64,000 nt of DNA from a virus: positions 79,731-143,730 of the IMG/VR virus record IMGVR_UViG_3300035670_000030, one strand, 5' to 3'. The position numbers and the translations under genes were made by a program. Below are positions 58,834 through 64,000 of the stretch, in pieces (position 1 is the stretch's first letter; every line of letters starts with the position of its first letter). The notes beneath the pieces are model-generated. The model saw only the letters and a program-made list of their open reading frames with translations, was not told the DNA's origin and did no database searches.

Positions 58834-58910
58834 GTAAACCATTGATATTCAACCACTTACATGGGCGCGCGGGGCGTGCGCGCGTAAGTCCTTGATATTC
58901 AACGACTTAA
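58834..58910. repeat. 77-bp element, copy 2 (core inverted)
   Basis: Same 27/23/27 geometry; core reads GGGGCG instead of CGCCCC. Confidence 0.92.
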
Positions 58911-59034
58911 GTAGTGCCTTACGAACCCGCATGAATACTGGCTTCGCGGGTGTCAAGCTTTTTTTTGCAAAAAAATTTTCATCGAATCGAAAAAAACTGG
59001 TTGCTTTCTGCGCGTTCTGTGGTATTCTGTATAC

Positions 59035-59134
59035 ATTGATAGGACAAGAGGTTTTCCACCGAGAAGGGTTGATCGCCGGAAAAAAGGTGGAAACGTAAGC
59101 GTCCGACCGTAATGGCAAGGCCTACTCCTATCAA
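59035..59134 (+). ncRNA. Candidate structured ~100-nt ncRNA
   Basis: Promoter TTGCTT(59001)-16-TATTCT has no ATG at +1; terminal stem TTGATAGGA/TCCTATCAA; internal stem TTTCCACC/GGTGGAAA. Confidence 0.6.
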
Positions 59135-59178
59135 AACTTTTTCTTGACTCTCACCCTTAACCTGCTAAAATAATCACT

Positions 59179-59370
59179 ATGAATAGAAACTACAGAAGCT
59201 GGCGCGACGAAGAACGCGAAGCAACCCTCGACTACCCGCTGGCCGTGGATCGTGAAGATCCCGCCTACCAGCACAACCCGAACGCCTACGAGCGTGAACT
59301 TGAGCGGTTGAACCGCTTGGAGGGTTGGGAGCGTAGCCGTGGCGGTTACTACCGCCGCAGCTACCGCTGA
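59179..59370 (+). CDS. Small charged early protein
   Basis: 63 aa; promoter TTGACT(59144)-16-TAAAAT. Confidence 0.75.
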   Translation: MNRNYRSWRDEEREATLDYPLAVDREDPAYQHNPNAYERELERLNRLEGWERSRGGYYRRSYR

Positions 59371-59415
59371 AAAAAGTCGCTTGACTTTCAGCCCCATTTC
59401 AACGATACTTTTAAC

Positions 59416-59574
59416 ATGACAGAAAACACCACAACTGGCTGGCCCGAAGTCTGGAACTTCGACGAACCCCAAGACGATAACCTCACGCCCGAACAAGCGT
59501 TCGACATCCTTTTCGGCTATGCCGAAGAACGTCACCGCAACGATCCGTGCGCTCATCCCGAACCCAAACACTAA
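59416..59574 (+). CDS. 52-aa acidic early protein (not in the ORF track)
   Basis: MTENTTTGWPEVWNFDEPQDD...; promoter TTGACT(59381)-17-GATACT. Confidence 0.65.
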   Translation: MTENTTTGWPEVWNFDEPQDDNLTPEQAFDILFGYAEERHRNDPCAHPEPKH

Positions 59575-59578
59575 CACT

Positions 59579-59809
59579 ATGACACAACAAGACGGCATCA
59601 TCAAGTCGCTTGAAACCCTCATCAAGCACGAAAAAACAATCCAAGCTCAAGAGGCTTGCATCGTAGAACTGCGCGACATTCTCGCAAAAGCTCTCCACAC
59701 CATCACCATGCACGAACACAAGCTAAACCTCTTGTGTGGCGTGTCCACCACTCTCGCCGTCGAACTGACTGCGGTGAAAAACAAACAGGTTTCTTTCGGA
59801 GTCAACTAA
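59579..59809 (+). CDS. Small coiled-coil early protein
   Basis: Start re-called at MTQQDG, 4 nt after the upstream stop. Confidence 0.65.
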   Translation: MTQQDGIIKSLETLIKHEKTIQAQEACIVELRDILAKALHTITMHEHKLNLLCGVSTTLAVELTAVKNKQVSFGVN

Positions 59810-59810
59810 C

Positions 59811-59966
59811 ATGAGCAAAATCATTATGACAATCGACACGCGCCCTCTTGCGAGGGCGATTGAACGTAGCGTTCGCAAGACCACTTGCAAGCCGTCCTTC
59901 GCCATGCGTGTCAAGAAAAAATTCGCGCGCAGGGCTAAGTTTTTTCGCGGTTGGTCTGAAGAGTAA
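59811..59966 (+). CDS. 51-aa basic early protein (not in the ORF track)
   Basis: MSKIIMTIDTRPLARAIERSVRK...GWSEE*; stop codon lies inside element 3. Confidence 0.6.
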   Translation: MSKIIMTIDTRPLARAIERSVRKTTCKPSFAMRVKKKFARRAKFFRGWSEE

Positions 59967-60039
59967 AGCGTTGTAAATCAATGACTTACGGCGGCGCGCC
60001 CCGCCGCGCGGCGTAACCCATTGTAAATCAACGACTTAC
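59963..60039. repeat. 77-bp element, copy 3
   Basis: 27/23/27 geometry. Confidence 0.93.
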
Positions 60040-60051
60040 AGAATCATCTAC

Positions 60052-60067
60052 GCAAGTGCCGTGCCAA
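60052..60067 (-). promoter_or_regulatory. sigma54 (RpoN) -24/-12 consensus facing element 3
   Basis: Minus strand reads TTGGCACG-GCAC-TTGC. Confidence 0.6.
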
Positions 60068-60140
60068 GTGTGACTGTGTCATAAAAATAAAAAATAAAAA
60101 AATCTCTTGCTTTTCTGTGGCTCTGTGCTATTCTTTAAGC

Positions 60141-60320
60141 ATGAAAGATAAAGCACCACAAAAAGGCCAACTCTTCGCGGTTGGAACAAAAGTCTATCGC
60201 GTGATCCGCAACGAAGGGGACAAGACCCACGTTCACCATCACGGGCAAATGGCCCTGTTCTACACGCGTCATCTCAAACCTGTCAGCCGTGACCGAGTCG
60301 CGGAATACTTGGGAAAATAG
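60141..60320 (+). CDS. Small basic early protein (possible SH3/KOW-like barrel)
   Basis: Start re-called from promoter TTGCTT(60107)-16-TATTCT. Confidence 0.7.
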   Translation: MKDKAPQKGQLFAVGTKVYRVIRNEGDKTHVHHHGQMALFYTRHLKPVSRDRVAEYLGK

Positions 60321-60356
60321 TTTGACAATCACCACAAAACCTAACAGAATCATAAC

Positions 60357-60545
60357 ATGACTAAAAAACACTTCACCGCCATCGCTGAAATCGTAGGGAA
60401 ACGCTTGCGCGAAAAAATCACCGCGCCAATCGGAGAATACGAGGCAATCGAGTTTGTAGCTAATGACTTGGCCGCATACTTCAAAACTCAAAACTCCAGC
60501 TTTGACAAAAATCGCTTTTTGGAAGCTGTCTATACCCAGAAATAA
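60357..60545 (+). CDS. Small early protein (MTKKHF.AIA...N..FD..RFL.A type)
   Basis: Promoter TTGACA(60322)-17-CAGAAT; helical pattern seen in small phage early proteins. Confidence 0.75.
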   Translation: MTKKHFTAIAEIVGKRLREKITAPIGEYEAIEFVANDLAAYFKTQNSSFDKNRFLEAVYTQK

Positions 60546-60549
60546 TCAC

Positions 60550-60729
60550 ATGAAAAAATACATCACATTCGACCGCATTGCCTATGCAATGTCTCTCGCA
60601 ACCTTCATCTTCATCGCTTGCACACTCTGTGCCGCTTGCGTGAACCTCCACAACAGAACAACCCAAAACCAAAAACAAATGCACGAAGAAGTTCGCGCCA
60701 TGTTTGCTCACGTTGAAAAACCTCTATGA
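60550..60729 (+). CDS. Small single-TM early protein
   Basis: MKKYITFDRIAYAMSLATFIFIACTLCAAC... Confidence 0.6.
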   Translation: MKKYITFDRIAYAMSLATFIFIACTLCAACVNLHNRTTQNQKQMHEEVRAMFAHVEKPL

Positions 60730-60926
60730 TCACGCCCAACATACAAAAAGCCCTCGAATCAAACGGAGTCCGCTTCTATGCAAAAGACTTTCTCATGGAA
60801 GGCTTGCGGAAAGACTGCGTTGACGCCGTGCATGATGCTCAACTTGTTTATGAGTTGCTGAAAGAACGCATGGAAATAATCCTTGACCTTAAACCCAAAT
60901 TCCCCGAAAATCAAAACAATGAGTAA
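60726..60926 (+). CDS. Small early protein
   Basis: 66 aa; ATGA overlap with the upstream gene. Confidence 0.65.
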   Translation: MITPNIQKALESNGVRFYAKDFLMEGLRKDCVDAVHDAQLVYELLKERMEIILDLKPKFPENQNNE

Positions 60927-61110
60927 AGAACAAGTCAAAGCCGTGTGCGACTTCTCGCACGATGTCATAATGAAAGTCAAGAAGCTCGTCGGCATCAAGC
61001 CGCGCCAAGAGTCGCTTCTGTGTCATAGTCTGTGGCACCTCAACACCTCCAACTGGGTTGAGCGCATCACGGCAAATGGCATCATTGATCGCTACATCGT
61101 AAAGCACTAA
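60919..61110 (+). CDS. Small early protein
   Basis: Start re-called from promoter TTGACC(60883)-17-GAAAAT; stop codon lies inside element 4. Confidence 0.65.
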   Translation: MSKEQVKAVCDFSHDVIMKVKKLVGIKPRQESLLCHSLWHLNTSNWVERITANGIIDRYIVKH

Positions 61111-61175
61111 TAATTAAGCACTTAGGGCGGCGCGCCCCCCGTGCGAATGTAAGTCGTTGTAAATCAAACACTTAT
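61099..61175. repeat. 77-bp element, copy 4
   Basis: 27/23/27 geometry, more degenerate. Confidence 0.88.
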
Positions 61176-61293
61176 GAATAGGTGCAAATACTATCATACC
61201 AGTGAGAGAATGTCAAGAATAAAAATGCAAAAAATAAAAATAATTTTCTAAAAAATCTCTTGCGTTTTTTCATATGTGTGCTATCTTGTATTC

Positions 61294-61515
61294 ATGTTAA
61301 GTAAAACACCACAAGTGGGAGATAAGATCATGTATCGGTTCTCCCAAGGCAAAAAGAAATACCCCGCAACAATCATCGCCATCGAGGGCGAACACTGCGT
61401 GTTCACGCTGGATGGTGACTCTTACGATCCTACGCCCACCAAGTGGCCTATGTGGCATGGCCTCCTCTACGACTACGACGAGACCCTTGTCAAGAAAAAA
61501 AGAAAGTGGTGCTAA
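61294..61515 (+). CDS. Small early protein (SH3/Tudor-like pattern)
   Basis: Start re-called from promoter TTGCGT(61260)-16-TATCTT; stop codon lies inside element 5. Confidence 0.7.
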   Translation: MLSKTPQVGDKIMYRFSQGKKKYPATIIAIEGEHCVFTLDGDSYDPTPTKWPMWHGLLYDYDETLVKKKRKWC

Positions 61516-61588
61516 ACCACTAATAATCAAACACTTACGCTAGCGCGCCCCGCCGCGCGGCGTAACTCGTTGAAAATCAACAACTTAG
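61512..61588. repeat. 77-bp element, copy 5
   Basis: 27/23/27 geometry. Confidence 0.92.
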
Positions 61589-61600
61589 GCATTATGACAT

Positions 61601-61616
61601 TCAGAAAGCGTGCCAA
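61601..61616 (-). promoter_or_regulatory. sigma54-like motif facing element 5 (degenerate -12)
   Basis: Minus strand reads TTGGCACG-CTTT-CTGA. Confidence 0.4.
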
Positions 61617-61699
61617 GTGTGACTACCAAGCACAAAAAAATATTTTTTAAATCGCAAAAAATTCCTTGCATTTTTGGGAACCTGTGGTATTCTTACAAC

Positions 61700-61939
61700 A
61701 TGAACATCACCAAAGAAGAACTCCGTGACTCTCTCGTTAACGCTCGCGCCGCCTTGGCTCTGCAAGTCCGCGACCATTACAAACACCGCAACGGCTTTTG
61801 CGGAAAATCTTTTCGCGGTATGATCCGCGAAAATCTCCGCGCTTTGCGCTTGTTGGGTAATCTCGAAACCATCGACGCGAAAGTCTACACGTTCGACGCT
61901 CGCATCTTGGGTCGTGTCAAAAAAGCTCTTGCCAAGTAA
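61700..61939 (+). CDS. Small basic early protein
   Basis: Start re-called from promoter TTGCAT(61666)-16-TATTCT. Confidence 0.7.
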   Translation: MNITKEELRDSLVNARAALALQVRDHYKHRNGFCGKSFRGMIRENLRALRLLGNLETIDAKVYTFDARILGRVKKALAK

Positions 61940-61963
61940 AGCAAACTCTGACAAAATCACCAC

Positions 61964-62647
61964 ATGAAACTACTAAGCACCAATAACACCAAAATCAAAA
62001 AAGGCGAAAAACTCGGCTGGCGCACCTACGGCTTGTCGCTTTCTCCCGCTGGCAAGTCTGGAAAACAATTCTGTCCGCATCGTTCGGCTGGCTGTGAGTT
62101 TGCCTGTCTCGACACTTCGGGCATGGGCATTTTCTCAAACGTGCAAGACGCTCGCCTTGCAAAGTCGCGTTTCTTCATTGATAGCCGCAACGATTTTCTC
62201 GCACAGTTGCATAAAGAATTGCACAACGCTGAAAAGTGGAGCGCAAAAAATCAAATGCCCGTTGCTTGCCGTCCGAATGTCCTTTCTGACCTTCCTTTCC
62301 ATAAGCTCATCGACATGGCACGCTTTCCATCAATCCAGTTTTACGATTACACGCCGAACCTTCAACGCATGATGCAGTTTCTGAATGGCGAACTACCGAA
62401 AAATTACCATCTGACTTTTTCGCGCAAAGAGGATAATCAGCATCGTGTTCATGCGGTTGTTGCCGCTGGTGGCAACGTGGCGGTTGTCTTTAATGAGTTG
62501 CCCGAAACCTATCTCGGCAAGCCTGTCATAAACGGAGACGAAAGCGACTTGCGTTTTCTCGACCCGCAAGGCGTCATCGTCGGACTCAAAGCAAAGGGCA
62601 AAGCTCTAAAAGATCAGTCTGGATTCGTGGTGCAAGTTGGTGTATAA
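61964..62647 (+). CDS. Gp88-like phage protein (Cys-containing)
   Basis: C....S.GC...CL..SG.G, R.NVLSD, QFYDYT, NYHLTFS and GDESDLRF.D motifs; promoter TTGCCA(61929)-17-CAAAAT. Confidence 0.75.
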   Translation: MKLLSTNNTKIKKGEKLGWRTYGLSLSPAGKSGKQFCPHRSAGCEFACLDTSGMGIFSNVQDARLAKSRFFIDSRNDFLAQLHKELHNAEKWSAKNQMPVACRPNVLSDLPFHKLIDMARFPSIQFYDYTPNLQRMMQFLNGELPKNYHLTFSRKEDNQHRVHAVVAAGGNVAVVFNELPETYLGKPVINGDESDLRFLDPQGVIVGLKAKGKALKDQSGFVVQVGV

Positions 62648-62656
62648 TGAGCAACT

Positions 62657-62728
62657 ATGACAATCCTAACCTTGCTCGCTGTGTGTGGCTTGTGTGCTTT
62701 TGCAATTTATAACAACGAAAAAAAATGA
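62657..62728 (+). CDS. 23-aa hydrophobic peptide
   Basis: MTILTLLAVCGLCAFAIYNNEKK*; ATGA-coupled to the next ORF. Confidence 0.4.
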   Translation: MTILTLLAVCGLCAFAIYNNEKK

Positions 62729-62883
62729 CCTTCAATCTAATCGCACGAAAAAATCTGTTTCGCTTGTCTGAATACTTTTTCCACTTGGCTCTGTGGTGGG
62801 AACGCGCTGGCGTTATGACACTCTCTAACGGGTTTGTCATAGCGTGGGAGTATTGCCTCGACGCACGCGATAAGTTGAGATAA
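62725..62883 (+). CDS. 52-aa early protein (not in the ORF track)
   Basis: MTFNLIARKNLFRLSEYFFHLALWW...DKLR*; stop codon ends 1 nt before element 6. Confidence 0.6.
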   Translation: MTFNLIARKNLFRLSEYFFHLALWWERAGVMTLSNGFVIAWEYCLDARDKLR

Positions 62884-62884
62884 C

Positions 62885-62961
62885 GTAAAGCGTTGATAAT
62901 CAACGACTTACGGCGGCGCGCCCCGCCGCGCTGCGCAAGTGCTTGATATTCAATGACTTAC
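62885..62961. repeat. 77-bp element, copy 6
   Basis: 27/23/27 geometry. Confidence 0.93.
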
Positions 62962-62973
62962 GCAATATGCTAC

Positions 62974-62989
62974 GCAGGAAGCGTGCCAA
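62974..62989 (-). promoter_or_regulatory. sigma54 -24/-12-like motif facing element 6
   Basis: Minus strand reads TTGGCACG-CTTC-CTGC. Confidence 0.55.
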
Positions 62990-63090
62990 CATAGGCTTAA
63001 ACGAGCGTTTGAAAATTCGTCAACAAAAATAGTTTCTAAAAATGCAAAAAAAATCGTTGCACTCTCATGCCCTGCTGCTATTCTTTACCC

Positions 63091-63225
63091 ATGCAAGCGA
63101 ACTCCATCATCAACGACGACTTCAACACGCAAATCCAAAGCGACGAATTCGCTTCGGAATATAATGCTTGGCTCGACGAGCAGGAACTGCAATACTGGCG
63201 CGAAATCGAAGCGAAAGGAAACTAG
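63091..63225 (+). CDS. 44-aa acidic protein, paralogous to the N-terminus of 58489-58707
   Basis: NDDFNTQIQSDEFASE vs NDHFNTQPQSDEYASE; promoter TTGCAC(63057)-16-TATTCT. Confidence 0.7.
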   Translation: MQANSIINDDFNTQIQSDEFASEYNAWLDEQELQYWREIEAKGN

Positions 63226-63229
63226 TTTT

Positions 63230-63421
63230 ATGACAAACACAAACCCACTGGAAGGCTTCGTCTCCGTTTGCTGCGGAGCCGAACACGACATCAACGCCGA
63301 ATACCATATGCTCAACGAAAGCATCGTGGGCGGCTGCTCGGTCTGCGGACGTTACTCGGAGTTTGACATCTTTGAGAACTTCGTAGAAAATTCTCTTGAC
63401 CTCGAAACCTCTAACCTCTAA
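63230..63421 (+). CDS. Small acidic Zn-finger-like protein
   Basis: SVCCGA...GCSVCG; start re-called at MTNTNP. Confidence 0.65.
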   Translation: MTNTNPLEGFVSVCCGAEHDINAEYHMLNESIVGGCSVCGRYSEFDIFENFVENSLDLETSNL

Positions 63422-63433
63422 TCTCTCAACTCT

Positions 63434-63880
63434 ATGAACCAAGCAAACATCGTAATCAGCGCATACGGCAACGGCATCGCTGTCGGACTCAACGGAACCA
63501 AAGAAGAAATCGAACGCACGTTCAATCGCTTCTTTAACTGGGGCGCAACTGGCATCGGTGAACTCGGCAGTTACTTGCACGAACTCTCTGACAACTTCGC
63601 TTACTTCCTCTCGACGGAAGCGGATATGCTTCGCGCTATGACATACGAAACTATGACACGCTGGCAAGACTCACCTGTGAGCGAACAATACAAAGCGCGT
63701 CCGCGCTTCCACAAGAAACCGAACGGCAAAAAGTTTCGCGCTGACGCAGAGCAAGCTGCGCGTGACGAATACGACTCGTTCCCACGCGAGAGCTTCATGC
63801 TGTTCGCTAAAACTCCCACTCATATCTATCAGCAACTCGATGGAGGCGCGCCCGATTGGGTGAGCGAGACAGAGGACTAA
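63434..63880 (+). CDS. Early hypothetical protein
   Basis: 148 aa; promoter TTGACC(63396)-17-TAATCT. Confidence 0.75.
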   Translation: MNQANIVISAYGNGIAVGLNGTKEEIERTFNRFFNWGATGIGELGSYLHELSDNFAYFLSTEADMLRAMTYETMTRWQDSPVSEQYKARPRFHKKPNGKKFRADAEQAARDEYDSFPRESFMLFAKTPTHIYQQLDGGAPDWVSETED

Positions 63881-63953
63881 TCTCTGTCATAGTCGTGTCA
63901 TAGTAAACGCTCGTGCAAACGGGCGTTTTACTTTTGCCCAAAATGAATGTGTT

Positions 63954-64000
63954 GTAAAGCGTTGAAGATCAAGCACTTACGGGCGCGCGCCCCGCCGCCC
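63954..64000. repeat. 77-bp element, copy 7 (truncated by the window end)
   Basis: Left palindrome 63954-63980 plus GC core. Confidence 0.9.

Noticed and set aside
59090-59103. Hammerhead ribozyme (GAAACG-TAAG-CGTC resembles stem III plus GUC)
   Set aside because: No CUGANGA core upstream.
57934-62961. Elements as ordinary intrinsic terminators
   Set aside because: No U-tract follows the GC stem on either strand, and invariant 27/23/27 spacing is not needed for termination. A terminating role is not excluded.
57284-63819. Minus-strand ORFs listed in the early region
   Set aside because: They are antisense shadows of promoter-supported + strand genes in GC-richer DNA.
57934-64000. CRISPR array interpretation of the 77-bp repeats
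   Set aside because: The repeats are too long and degenerate, the intervals are 0.3-1.3 kb and contain promoters and genes, and no cas genes are in the window.
57934-64000. Canonical integron attC or Xer/dif sites
   Set aside because: There are no consistent RYYYAAC/GTTRRRY ends, no XerD arm TTATGTTAAA, and no integrase in the window; the analogy is architectural only.
57300-64000. Host chromosome flanking a prophage
   Set aside because: The content is small orphan ORFs, a Gp88-like gene and dense early promoters. No housekeeping genes, integrase or att/tRNA site were seen.
1-64000. tRNA genes, DGR/reverse transcriptase, introns/inteins, stop-codon recoding
   Set aside because: None was recognised. 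Long ORFs are intact under the standard code and end in TAA, TAG or TGA. tRNAscan/Infernal were not run.

Overview
A 64-kb slice of a large tailed dsDNA phage, probably a siphovirus: there is a 2000-aa tape measure, a tail tube and no sheath. It uses the standard genetic code, and putative spanins point to a Gram-negative host. Bases 1-57,000 are AT-rich (~27-30% GC in spot-checked lines) and mostly minus-strand. They hold tail-tip genes, tape measure, tail tube, head-tail genes, capsid, protease/scaffold, a lysis cassette, fibre genes, portal, terminase, an ERCC4 nuclease, a sigma-like protein, a second fibre/LRR cassette, PhoH, HSP20 and three glycosyltransferase-like genes. Many of these genes are preceded by a (G)TGTAA late-promoter-like motif. 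At ~57,300 the sequence switches abruptly to ~50% GC and plus-strand small ORFs, typical of an early/host-takeover region. This region is modular. At least 15 sigma70-type promoters mostly drive leaderless small ORFs, and one drives a structured ncRNA candidate. The modules are separated by seven copies of a fixed-geometry 77-bp element: a 27-bp palindrome carrying IHF-consensus boxes, a 23-bp GC core, and a second 27-bp palindrome. The element often overlaps the upstream stop codon. In three copies it is flanked at an identical distance by an inward-facing sigma54 (-24/-12) motif. This cassette-boundary element is the best candidate for an undescribed system. All calls were made by eye from sequence motifs; no database searches were run.
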